Shown here: positions 11,949-23,685 of the stretch, piece after piece
Numbering within the stretch: the stretch's first letter is position 1
Layout: the number at the start of each line of letters is the position of its first letter
NCBI GenBank assembly: GCA_000934665.2
Contig: JYFJ02002995.1
Coordinates: 1 to 47,593, forward strand
Origin: Catajapyx aquilonaris
Lineage: Eukaryota
DNA length: 47,593 bases
Direction of reading: 5' to 3'
Notes under the pieces: generated by a model
Databases searched by the model: none
Told to the model about the DNA's origin: nothing
What the model saw: the letters and a program-made list of their open reading frames with translations, nothing else
Translations under genes and position numbers: made by a program

Positions 11949-13113
11949 CTGTAATTATCAGTCATGTACTGTACACAGTCATTCGCATGCAAAAGTGAAT
12001 CCCACAAAAGTCCTTTCTTCACACCCCAATAATGAAGACTGCTATGAATTCGCATCATTCTGTATGAGTCGTTGGTATTGTCATTATTAGTTATTATAAA
12101 AATGCTTGGCTTGCACATTGCCTACATGTGGCTAAATAATAATTAAGAAATGCTCGCTACACCGTAATTAAAATGAAAGATCAACTCTGCCTACAATGAG
12201 CAATTTATTCGTTCCAAGTACAAATAGTGTTGGTCGGACCACAATTAATTGTGATTACAAAAGGATATTGCGGTGCAATGATTAATAGGCCTACCTCACA
12301 CTATTTAAAAATAAAAAAAATTGAGGTCAGAAGAAGCTCATACAGAAAGTAGACAGCAAGTGAAGAAGTCTTCAATTGTCTACATACACTAGCGTCTTGA
12401 ACTACACCAGCCATTTTAATTGCAGCGCAGCAAAATAATTAATGCTCTTTAAATGAGACAGCTGCAACTTTAAAAGAAATAATAATAATAATAATAAACA
12501 TAAAGGTTTGACCTGAGAAAATGTGATGTTGCTCATGTTTTGTACGTAAAGTGAGATTTTCTTGTACAAAAAAAAAAAAAAGTATGAAACAGATACATAT
12601 TATAATGCTTTTTAACATGATTGACAATACTTATATCCTGATGTGATTGCACATTTTTTTTCACATCATGTGTGTACATCTACAGTACAAAATAATACTT
12701 AAAAATTAGTTATTTTCCTTATCAATTCAGAATAATATATTTCAAAGACTATTCTTTTGATTTTTATAAGGTCCGACTGAAAATGCCTTTTGTTAAACCA
12801 GTGCCGTTGCAACTTGCTTAACAATGAAAATAATGACGATAACATTTGGACCTTTCAAAAAAAAAAAAAAAACATTACAGGTATCTACCAGGCATTCGGC
12901 TACATACAATATCAAAAGAAAGCAAAAAGTAAAGAAAAAAAACAACCATTGAATGTTCCAACTGCTGTGGAGGCATGTACGACAACAATGAACAAGAACA
13001 GAGGACATGAATTGCTTGACGCGGACAAGTTCTGATTACTTCGGTACATCCCTCCCAGCAAGTTAAATTAAGAGGGGAAAAAAAAAAAAAAACTTCAAAC
13101 AAAACCCAAGACA

Positions 13114-14666
13114 TCACAACGATGAATCGAGCAATACTTTCCAGAGTCCTTGCACCACACCAGCGTGGTCCTTCATGTGAAGCTGCAAATCGGACTTTTC
13201 ATTGAAACCCTTCTTACAGAGGATGCACACAAAATCCGGATCTTGCGCATGCCCTGCCATGTGCTTAGTCAATCCGTGCTTGTACACAAACCCTTTGCAG
13301 CACACCTTACATGAAAAGGGCCTTTCTCCAGTGTGAGTTCGCATGTGGATGCCCACTTGGGGCTTTCGTCTAAACCCTTTTCCGCACACGGTGCACGGAA
13401 AGGGTCTTTCTCCCGTATGAATTCGCTTGTGGACGTCCAATTGGTACTTGCGTCTAAACCCCTTGTCACACACCGTACAAGAAAAGGGTTTTTCTCCAGT
13501 GTGCGTTTGCATGTGACTGTCCAATTGGTAATTGCGTTTAAACCCTTTGCCACACACGGTGCAAGGAAAAGGTCTTTCTCCCGTATGAATAAGCATGTGG
13601 TAATCCAACCTGTCCTTTCTTCTGAACCCTTTGCCACACACGGTGCAAGAAAAAGGTTTTTCTCCGGTGTGAGTTCGCATGTGGATGTCCAAGTCCGACT
13701 TGCGTCTAAACCCCTTTCCGCATGCAGTGCAAGAAACAGGTTTTTTTCCCTTATTGTGAGTTCGCATGTGCCTGACCAAGTGGTCCTGTCGTCTAAACCC
13801 TTTTCCGCAGACAGTACAAGAAAACGGCACTTCTCCAGTGTGACTCTCCATGTGGCTATCCAATTGGCTCTTAAGCTTAAATGTCATTCCACATTCATTG
13901 CAAGAGTACGATGCATGACTTTTCAAATGCTTCCCCAAGGAGTCCTTTCGAGAGAACCCCTCATCGCAAATTTCACAAACAAATTTCCTTACCCCGTGAA
14001 CCTTGCTGTGCCTAGTCAAATTCCACTTATTCTTGAAGGACATGTTGCAGATCATGCACACATGCGGCACTTTCTTTGTGTGAACCTTCACGTGAGACCT
14101 TAATTGGCGACCAGTTTTAAACAACTTCATGCATACCTTACAAGTAAACCGTTTCTGATTTGCATTAGCGCTCTTCTGGTTGCCCGCACTTGTTTGGGAA
14201 TGTTCAGGTGCTGCAAATCCCAGAGGAAGCTCGCTTATGTCGATTCCAGTCAGCAATTCCTGGAAGACAAACAAGTGTATTAGAACACACTGCTGCACGA
14301 CTACTTAAGGCCCATACACACAGGCCGTCGACGGTTTTGGTTTTTGGTCGCGTTGACGCCGCGGACCAATCATGACCCACGTAAACAAGCTCTAAACAAT
14401 GGGTTGCGCTTGTTTACATGGGTCATGATTGGTCCGCGGCGTCAACGCAACCAAAAACCAAAACCGTCGACGGCCTGTGTGAATGGGCCTTAAGTCTTTC
14501 ATCATGAACACCTTTAGGCATACCGTACCTGACATGAAAACTCGTCCTGATTTGCATATGTGAACTCGTGATTGTAAAACGAGTTGTGTTGAACATTCAG
14601 CACATCCACAGGCGCCATCAGGACAAATGGCTGCTCTCCCATGCTGCTCCCTTCTTGTGGATCATC
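13114..14666 (-). CDS. C2H2 ZF terminal module G (exons 14666-14529 and 14259-13114; 12 fingers)
   Basis: Phase-0 acceptors and donor; ZF array; AATAAA at 12209-12204. Confidence 0.85.
14309..14489. mobile_element. Near-perfect palindromic MITE with TTAA flanks, in the intron of module G
   Basis: TTAA-GGCCCATACACAGGCCGTCGACGG...CCGTCGACGGCCTGTGTGAATGGGCC-TTAA, with arms of about 80 bp; absent from the homologous intron of module H. Superfamily (Kolobok- or Harbinger-like) not determined. Confidence 0.85.
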
Positions 14667-14845
14667 CTGAAAAAAAGCAGTCATGTACAGTACGCACTCA
14701 TTCGCATGCGAAATTGAACACCACAAGCGGTTCATCCACACCCAATAATTTAGACAGCTAAACAGAATTGTTTTGGCTTCTTCATTGCCGCTACACCGTA
14801 CTTAAAATGAAACTTCCAAGACTCAACTTTCACTACAATCTTCAA

Positions 14846-14903
14846 TTTATTCGTTCCAAGTACAAATAGTTTCGGTCCGACCACAACTGATTGCGATTAC
14901 AAA
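14846..14903 (-). promoter_or_regulatory. Conserved polyadenylation cassette (representative copy; one per ZF module)
   Basis: Minus strand TTTTGTAATC...GTGGTCGGACC...TTTGTACTTGGAACGAATAAA. AATAAA copies at plus-strand 7889, 9201, 10735, 12204, 14846, 16200, 18324, 20620, 22430 and 24280. Confidence 0.75.
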
Positions 14904-14989
14904 ATGACACTGCAAGTGCAACGTGTCGTTAAACCAATTTAAAAAAATTCATCAATGTAGAAAGATGAATTGACCGGTTATGGAACATA

Positions 14990-16021
14990 TTATGTCTTGG
15001 ACTCTGAATCGATTAATACTTTCCACAGCCCTTGCACCACACCCGCGTGGTCCTTCATGTGCTCCTGCAAATCGGACTTTTCATTGAAACCCTTCTTGCA
15101 CAGTATGCAAACAAAAGCGGGATCTCGCGCATGCCCTGCCATGTGCTTAGTCAATCCGGTCTTGTACGCAAAACCTTTGCAGCATACCTTACAAGTAAAG
15201 GGTCTTTCTCCAGAGTGAGTGCGCATGTGACGGCCCAAGTGCGATTTTTGTCCGAACCCTTTTCCGCACACAGTACAAGAAAAAGGTGCTTCCCTCTTGT
15301 GAGTTCGCACGTGCTTGTCCAAGTGGTACTTTTGTCGAAACCCTTTTCCGCACACAGTACAAGAAAAAGGTCTTTCTCCCGTGTGAGTTAGCATGTGCCT
15401 GTCCAATTTGCACTTTTCTATAAACCCCTTTCCGCATACAGTGCACGGAAACGGTTTTTTCCCCGTATGAATTCCCATGTGCATGTCCATGCGGCACTTG
15501 TGTAAAAACTCTTTTCCGCACACCGTACAAGAAAACGGCACTCCTCCATTGTGAGAAGAAAACATGTGGTTATCCAGTTGGTACTTATGCTCAAACACCT
15601 TTTCACATTCCAAGCAAAAGTACGCATGTGTCCGCAAATGACCGGCCAACTGGTCCTTTCGAAAGAATCCCTTATTGCATCCGTCACAAAAAAATTTCGT
15701 TCCGCCATGAACCTTCCTGTGCCTATTCAAATTCTGTTTATTCTTGAAGGATTTGTCGCACGTAACGCAAACGTGTGGTCTTTCCTTCGTATGAACCAGC
15801 AAGTGAGACTTCAAGTTATTATACTTTTTAAACACCTTCAAGCATACCTTACAAGTAAAGACTTTCTGATTTACATTAGTGGTATCGTGATTGTCCGCGC
15901 TTGTTCGGGCGTGTTGGGCTTCTTCAGGCAGCTCCTCGTTGTACGAGTTGTGTTGCACATTCAACACAGCATCATGCTCCAATGGCTGCTCTCCCGTGCT
16001 GCTTCCTTCTTGCGGATCCTC
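14990..16021 (-). CDS. C2H2 ZF terminal module F (single fused exon; 10 fingers)
   Basis: Phase-0 acceptor TTTTCAG|GAGGATCCG; the linker exon runs directly into the ZF exon with no intron; AATAAA at 14851-14846. Confidence 0.85.
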   Translation of the reverse strand, partial: EDPQEGSSTGEQPLEHDAVLNVQHNSYNEELPEEAQHARTSADNHDTTNVNQKVFTCKVCLKVFKKYNNLKSHLLVHTKERPHVCVTCDKSFKNKQNLNRHRKVHGGTKFFCDGCNKGFFRKDQLAGHLRTHAYFCLECEKVFEHKYQLDNHMFSSHNGGVPFSCTVCGKEFLHKCRMDMHMGIHTGKKPFPCTVCGKGFIEKCKLDRHMLTHTGERPFSCTVCGKGFRQKYHLDKHVRTHKREAPFSCTVCGKGFGQKSHLGRHMRTHSGERPFTCKVCCKGFAYKTGLTKHMAGHARDPAFVCILCKKGFNEKSDLQEHMKDHAGVVQGLWKVLIDSESKT

Positions 16022-16753
16022 CTGAAAAGAAGCAGTCATGTACTGTACGTACATATTCGCATGCAAAAGTGAACGCCACATTATAATTATTATAAAAAAA
16101 TGCTGCTAAACACTATTGTTAATTGCCTAAAATCATTAAGAAATGCGTGATACACCGTGTAATGAAACTTCCAAGACCAACTCTCCCTACAATGGTCAAT
16201 TTATTTGTTCCAAGTACAATAATAGTTTTGGTCGGACCAAATTGCGATGACAAACAAATGATTAATACCTTACACTAATCAAATAATTGTTGGGAGGTCA
16301 TACGAACGTCATACATAAAGTACATGAGATGGGGGAAGGGAAGTCTTCAATAATTGTCTACGCACTACCATTATCAAATTCGGAAGAAAATATTTTAAAA
16401 AGACTTTCCCATGGTCCAACTGACAATTTATTTGTTACAAGTGCCGTCGCAATTAGCTTAACAATAAAAGTAATTAATTGACGTGGAAGGAACATTGACC
16501 AAACGCATTTTCCAAGCAGCTGAAAAGAATATTCGGCGCTGCGTGTTATACCAAAAGTAAAGAATGGAAAAGTATAGAAAGTGCTACCACAAATATGAAC
16601 AAGATGATTCGGATTAATTCGATCCCTCGGCAGCATTTAGCGAGTCAAATTAAGGAGAGACGAAACGACAAAACAAAGAGAGAATGTGGCACTTGGAAGA
16701 CGTAACAAAAATCACGATTTGTCTCTTACTTATTAAGGAACATACGTATCCGA

Positions 16754-17969
16754 CTATGAATCGAATAGTACTTTCCACAGTCCTTGCACCTCACCCGCGT
16801 GGTATTGCATGTGCTTCTGCAAATCGCATTTTTCAGTAAATCCCTTCTTACACAGTATGCAAACAAAAGCTGGATCATGCCCTGCCATGTGCTTGTCAAG
16901 TTCGGTCTTGTCCACAAAACCTTTGCTACTCTCTCCAGTGTGAGTTCGGATGTGGCGGTCCACTTGGGGCTTGTATCTAAACGCTTTTCCGCACACGGGG
17001 CATGGAAACGGTTTTTCCCCCGTGTGAATTCGCATGTGGATGTCCAAGGCGGACTTGCCGATAAACCCTTTGCCACACACGCTGCATGGAAAAGGTTTTT
17101 CTGCCATGTGAAATCGCATGTGCTGGTTCAAGTAGGACTTTTTTCTGAACCCTTTTCCGCATACTGTACAAGAAAAGGGTGCTTCTCCCATGTGAGTTTT
17201 CATGTGCATGTTCAATCCTTGCTTGTACACAAACCCTTCGCCACACGTGGTGCAAGAAAAGCGTTTTTCTCCCGTATGAGTTTGCATGTGGATGTCCATT
17301 TGGTACTTTCGTCTAAACCCTTTTCCGCACACGGAACAAGAAAACGGCACTTCTCCAGTGTGAGAAAACATGTGCTTATCCAGTTGGGACTTATGCTTAA
17401 ACGACTTGTCACATTCTGTGCAAGAGTATGCGTGGCTTTTCAAATGAACCACCAACTGGTCCCTTCGACAGAAGCCCTTATTGCAGACGGCACAAAAAAA
17501 TTTCTTTACACCATGCAACGCCATGTGCTTAGTCACAGCTTGTTTATCCTTGAAGGATTTGTTGCAGATTATGCACTCCAGTGGTCCTTCATTTGTGTGG
17601 ACCCTCGTGTGAGACTTTAATAGGCGACCACTTTTAAACAACTTCAGGCATACCTGACAAGAAAACACTTTCTGATTTACATTAGAGGTCTCGTGATTGT
17701 CCGAACTTGTTTGGAAGTGTCGGGATTCTTCAGGTCGTGAAAATCCAGCAGGCCTGCGTCCTGCGTCGAATCCAGTCGGCAGCTCATCTCGCTGCAAGAC
17801 AACGCACGGTATATTAGAACACTGCTGCTGCCTTTTTAAGATGTGATTATGGTTAAACAACTTCAAAGCATACCTGATCGCATGAATTGGGTTTCACTTT
17901 CAGCACATCGTCACGCTCCATCATGACAAACGACTGCTCTCCCATGCTGCTTCCTTCTTGCGGATCCTC
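16754..17969 (-). CDS. C2H2 ZF terminal module E (exons 17969-17874 and 17791-16754; 10 intact fingers)
   Basis: Phase-0 acceptors and donor; penultimate finger lacks its Cys pair; AATAAA at 16205-16200. Confidence 0.85.
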
Positions 17970-17990
17970 CTGAAAAGTAGAAGTCACGTA

Positions 17991-18141
17991 CAGTGTTGGA
18001 CGTTAATTGGGGCATACTTCCAACGACATTTTCCGAAGCGGCAGAAGAAGGAATCTTGCTCGTCCGGCTCATCTTCGATTCCTTATTCTGCCGCTTCGGA
18101 AAATGTCGCCAGCAATATGACTCGATTAATGCTCAACACTG
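17991..18141. mobile_element. Palindromic MITE with TA target duplication
   Basis: TA-CAGTGTTG...CAACACTG-TA; internal perfect arms CGACATTTTCCGAAGCGGCAGAA / TTCTGCCGCTTCGGAAAATGTCG; absent from the homologous position of sister modules. Confidence 0.8.
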
Positions 18142-19204
18142 TACTTATTCACATCCAAAAGTGAATGCCACTTAGCATTGTCATTAGTTATTATTATTAA
18201 AATGCTGCTAAACAGTATTGTTCATTGCCAGCTTGTCAGGTGGCTAAATCATTTAAGAAATATTCTCGCTACACAGTACTTGAAATGAAACTTCCCAGAC
18301 CAACAATTCCCTACAATGGTCAATTTATTCGTTCCGAGTACAAAATTTAATTTTAGTCACTGTGATTACAAAATGAGATTGCCAGTGCAATGATTTGAAA
18401 AATTGCTTCAAGTCATAAGAAAAGGTCTTAAAAGTACATAGACATGAGGGGGAAGGAGTCTTCAATTGTCTACGTACACTCTTAGTCTTACTCCATCAGT
18501 CTAATCGTACAATTCTCTCTGGCATTTAAAAAAAACCTTTCAAGTTTAAACGATCAAACAGATACAAAATTATAATACTCTTTAACATGATTGGCAAAAT
18601 AACCTGATGTGATTTTTGCACAAATTCCACATCACGTGTGTATACCTAGAGCTCAAATAATACCTAAAAATATATTAGTTGCCTTTTTTTTTTTCCTTAT
18701 CAATTCGGCAGAAAATATTTTAAAGACTTATTTGTTTTGATTTTCAGAAGGTCCGACTGTGAATTTGTTACCAGTGCCGTTGCAACATCCTTAACAATGA
18801 AAATAATGACAATGTTATTTAGACCTTTAAAAAAAAAAAAGTGCGGAAATGTTTTCTCATCCAAAACAACATTTTCCAAGCAGCTGACGCGACAGCATTA
18901 GAAACAAACAAAAATAATAATAAAAAACTGATAATATTGCGCGCTACGTACAATACCAATTGTAGACACTGCCTTTTTTTTTTTAAACCAACGGTTTTTT
19001 AACAAGTTCCAACTGCTCTACCACAACAATGAACAAGACGAGTCGAAGCAGAGGACATTTAAATGCTTGACTCTAACCAGTTCTGAGCTGATTATCTCCA
19101 TAGCATTCGACATCATTTAGCAAGTTAAGGGGGGAGGGGGAAAAAAAAAGTTGAAACATAAAGAGAATACGGCACCCAAGACATCACAGATCTTTCGTAT
19201 CCGA

Positions 19205-20466
19205 CTATGAATCGAGCAATACTTTCCAGAGTCCTTGCACCACACCCGCATGGTTCTTCATGTGCTGATGCAAATCGGACTTTTCATTGAAACCTTTCTT
19301 ACAGAGTATGCACACAAAATCTGGATCTTGCGCATGCACTGCCATGTGCTGGTCCAAGTTGGACTTTTGCGAAAACCCTTTGCAGCACACCTTACAAGAA
19401 AAGGGCCTTTCTCCCGTGTGAATGCGCATGTGCTGGTCCAAGTTGGACGTTTGCGAAAACCCTTTTCCGCACACCGTACAAGAAAAGGGTTTTTCTCCCG
19501 TGTGAGTTCGCTTGTGGACGTCTAAGCCGGACTTTCGTCTAAACCCTTTTCCGCACACAGTACAAGAAAAGGGTCTTTCCCCCGTATGAATTCGCTTGTG
19601 GACGTCCAAGCCGGACTTTCGTCTAAACCCTTTTCCGCACACCGTACAAGAAAAGGGTTTTTCTCCAGTGTGAGTTCGCATGTGCTGGTCCAAGGCGGAC
19701 TTTTTCGAAAACCCTTTTACGCACGCAGTACACGGAAATGGTTTTTCTCCCTTGTGAGTTCGCATGTGCCTGACCAAGTGGTCCATTCGTGTATACCTTT
19801 TTCCACATACAGTACAAGAACGAGGCACTTCTCCAGTGTGAGAAAACATGTGGATATCCAGTTGGTACTTAAGCTTAAACGACTTTTCACATTCCTTGCA
19901 AGAGTATGATGCGTGACCTTTCAAATGCCTCCTCAAGTGGTCCCTCTGCAAGAAGACCTTATTGCACACTTCACAAATAAATTTCTTCCTTACACCATGC
20001 ACCTTGCTATGCCTAGTCAAATTAGGTTTAGACTTGAAAGATTTGTTGCAGATCATGCAAACGAATGGTCTTTCCATCGAATGAACCAGCATGTGATTCT
20101 TTAAGCTCTGATTATTTTTAAGCAACTTGAAGCATACCTCACAAGAAAAGGATTTCTGATTTACATTAGTGCTCTCGTCATTGTCCGCGCTTGTTTGTGC
20201 TTTTCCAGGTGCTGCGGGGTTAAGTCCAGTCAGCATTTCCTCCTCCTGAAAGACAACACATTGGACATTAGAACACACTGCTGCAAGACTTGGTACGTAG
20301 CCACATAACTTTTTACGATGCGATCATGTTTAAACACCTTCAAGCGTACCTGACATGAAAAGGCTTCCCGGTTGTACGAGTTGCGTTGCACATTCAGCAC
20401 CACGTCAGGCTCCATCATGACAAACGACTGCTCTCCCGTGCTGCTTCCTTCATGCGAATCCTCCTC
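19205..20466 (-). CDS. C2H2 ZF terminal module D (exons 20466-20350 and 20245-19205; 11 fingers)
   Basis: Phase-0 acceptors and donor; ZF array; AATAAA at 18329-18324. Confidence 0.85.
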
Positions 20467-21008
20467 CTGAAAAGTAGCAGTCCTGTACTGTACATACTTA
20501 TTCGCATGCAAAAAGTGAATGCCTCACAAGTCCATCATCCACACCTCAACAATGAAGATGCCTAGCTACGCATGAAACTTTCCAAGATCAAGACCCAACA
20601 TCCACTTACAATCATCCAATTTATTTTGTTCCAATTACAAATAGATTTTGGTCAGACCACAACTCATTGAGATTACAAAACGACACTGCCGCTGCAACGA
20701 TTAAACCCTTCAAGTAATTTAAAAAAATGTTTCAGGTCATCAAGTCATCCAGAAAGTACATATGACAGGGCGGAGTCTTCAATTGTCTACGTACACTCTA
20801 CTGTTGTACTACCCAGCAGCCTAATCGCAGTGCAGTGTAAGTATTAATGCTTTTTTTAAAAATTAGGCCGTCTCACTTTTTTAAAATCGCAATAATATAA
20901 ACGTTGCATGAAGTGAAATTTTCTATCGCACAACAGCATTAAATTAAGAAAAAAATAAAATTGAACGAACGTCCACTTAGAAGACATCGCAATTCTTTCG
21001 TTATCTGA

Positions 21009-22167
21009 CTATGAATCGAGCAATACTTTCCAAAGTCCTTGGACCACACCAGCGTGGTCCTTCATGTGCTGCTGCAAATCGGACTTTTCATTGAAACCTT
21101 TCTTACAGAGTATGCACACAAAAGCCGGATCTTGCGCATGCCTTGCCATGTGCTTGTCCAATCCAGCCTTTTGTACAAACCCTTTGCGGCACACCTTACA
21201 TGAAAAGGGCCTTTCTCCCGTGAGAGTTCGCATGTGGACGTCCACTCGGGACTTGTATCTAAACCCTTTCCCACACACCGTACAAGAAAAGGGTGTTTCT
21301 CCCTTATGAGTTCGCAAGTGCTGGTCCAAGTTGGACTTTTGCGAAAACCCTTTTCCGCACACCGTACAAGAAAAGGGTTTTTCTCCCATGTGAGTTTTCA
21401 TGTGCATGTTCAATGCTTGCTTGTACACAAACCCTTCGCCACACGTGGTGCAAGAAAAGGGTTTTTCTCCCGTATGAGTTCGCATGTGGATGTCCATGTG
21501 GAACTTTCGTCTAAACCCTTTTCCGCACACGGAACAAGAAAACGGCACTTCTCCAGTGTGTGATAACATGTGGTTATCCAGTACGTACTTATGCTTAAAC
21601 GACTTTTCACATTCCTTGCAAGAGTATGCATGGCTTTTCAAATGATCCGCCAACTGGTCCTTCCGAAAGAAGCCCTTATTGCAGACGTCACAAAAAAATT
21701 TCCTTACACCATGCAACGTCATGTGCCTCTTCAAATTGTGCTTAATCACGAAGGATTTCTTGCAGATTATGCACACATGTGGTCTTTTCAACGTGTGAAA
21801 CTTCATGTGGTACGTTAACTGCCCATTATTCTTAAACACCTTCAAGCATACCTGACAAGAAAACCCTTTCTGATTTACATTAGTGCTCTTGTGTTTGTCC
21901 AAACGGTGTGCTTCTTCAGGGGCTGCGAATCCAGATGGCAGCTCCCATGCGTTGATTCCAGCCAGTGCTTCATACTTCTGAAAGATAAATAGACAACACG
22001 ACGAATATTAGAACACATTGCGGATGTGATTATGTGTTCTTCAAGCATACCTGACATGAAAACTCTTCCTCGCTGAATGAGTCGGGTTGCACCTTCAGCA
22101 CCACGTCAGGCTCCATCATGAAAAACGACTGCTCTCCCGTGCTGCTTCCTTCTTGCGGATCCTCCTC
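21009..22167 (-). CDS. C2H2 ZF terminal module C (exons 22167-22051 and 21977-21009; 10 fingers, one lacking its last His)
   Basis: Phase-0 acceptors and donor; ZF array; AATAAA at 20625-20620. Confidence 0.85.
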
Positions 22168-23082
22168 CTGAAAAAAATAAAGTCGTCTACTGTACACACT
22201 TATTCGCATGCAAAGGTCCTTAATCCACACCACAATAATGAAGGCGATTTTGCACACTTCTGTACGAGTTACCTGACGTCCAACAACCTGACCACTTGTG
22301 CTTGGAACACATCCCCGGCATCACCTTGTATGATTTTCCTGCACACAATACAAGGAATTGTCTGGATGTGTTTGGGCAATCAAGTCGCACATGAAAATGA
22401 ACACTAGTTCTGCTTTCGCCTTCACTCCTTTTATTCATCCAAGGTACAAATACCCAGAAAAAAAAAAAAATGCGGCTCAAAACAAAAAATCATACGAGAA
22501 AAGACAAAATAAAAACCCCACAATGCCTACGCAATTGGAGGGGGGGAAATTATCAGCAAGAACAATACTTTTTCCTTCCAAATAATAAGTACGATATAAA
22601 ATAAAAGAGCTGTAACTGAAAAACCTATGATGATTATAAAGTCTTTGAACACATTATTACACCTTTCTTCTCTCGCATCCGAGAACTAATCGGTTTTAAT
22701 TTAACCGATGTGTGTACAGATGGGAGGTAATAATACTGTTAAATTAAATCCTCATTCTCCACACGGGAGTATTGCACCCTCTTTTTTTCCGCATATTAGT
22801 TTGAACATTAATCCTAAGCAAGTTTTCTCCAAATATATTATATCCGAATATTTATAAAAATATAATTCAACAAACAACTTTCGCATCGACTAACCCTGAG
22901 AAAAAGTGTGGAATTGACTGATCGATTCAGACTGATATGACTGAATCGAAATTTCTTTTTTGATTAGTAAGTTGCCTCTCCCTTCAAAAATTTCATCCAA
23001 AAAAATTAAACGTCATTAATCAAAAACCTAAAAAGACCGTTTTCTTTTTATTTTTAGAGGCAACGTCTCCGCATGTATCTTA

Positions 23083-23685
23083 TCAGTTGAGCAGCACTTT
23101 CCGGATGCCGTTTGCATGAACCTTCATGTGCCGCTTCAAATCAGTCGCTTCAGGAAAATCTTTCTTGCACAATATGCAAGAGAATTTTTTCTGCCCGTGA
23201 GTTAGCATGTGTTTCTTCATTGCAAGCTTCGTATGAAACACTTTACTGCACACCTCACATGAAGAGGTTAGTTCTTCACCGTGAATACGACACACATGGA
23301 CAGCCAAGTGCCACTCTTGCGCATAACCTTTTCCGCACATGCTGCATTTGAATGACTTTTTCCCTCCGAACCGCTCCTTCGAATTTTGTTTCTTTTCCGA
23401 ACAATGAGCGAGTAATTTTCCTACATGGACCTTTTTGCAATGCTGAACGAAAGTGATCCTATTCATGAAGCCTTTCTTGCAGATGTCGCACACATGACAT
23501 GTGCCTGTATGAGTACGCATATGTTTTCCTAAATGGCAATGCATGTAAAACGACCTGTCACATACGCGGCAAACAAATTCTTTCTTATTCACCTTAGTGC
23601 CAACGAATGGCTCTTCATTACGTTCTTCTTGTGCCGCATTTCCTGGCGGCGGTGGTCCAGCTTCATCTCCACTCTCTTCATCGTC
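23083..23685 (-). CDS. C2H2 ZF terminal module B (single exon; 5 fingers)
   Basis: Phase-0 acceptor TTCTCAG|GACGAT; ends in the shared CILCKK terminal finger; AATAAA cassette at 22435-22430. Confidence 0.8.
   Translation of the reverse strand, partial: DDEESGDEAGPPPPGNAAQEERNEEPFVGTKVNKKEFVCRVCDRSFYMHCHLGKHMRTHTGTCHVCDICKKGFMNRITFVQHCKKVHVGKLLAHCSEKKQNSKERFGGKKSFKCSMCGKGYAQEWHLAVHVCRIHGEELTSSCEVCSKVFHTKLAMKKHMLTHGQKKFSCILCKKDFPEATDLKRHMKVHANGIRKVLLN

Noticed and set aside
8009..21818. Long plus-strand and alternative-frame ORFs over the ZF arrays (e.g. 13333-14103, 16784-17620)
   Set aside because: Antisense shadows of repetitive C2H2 codons; no independent domain or splice signals.
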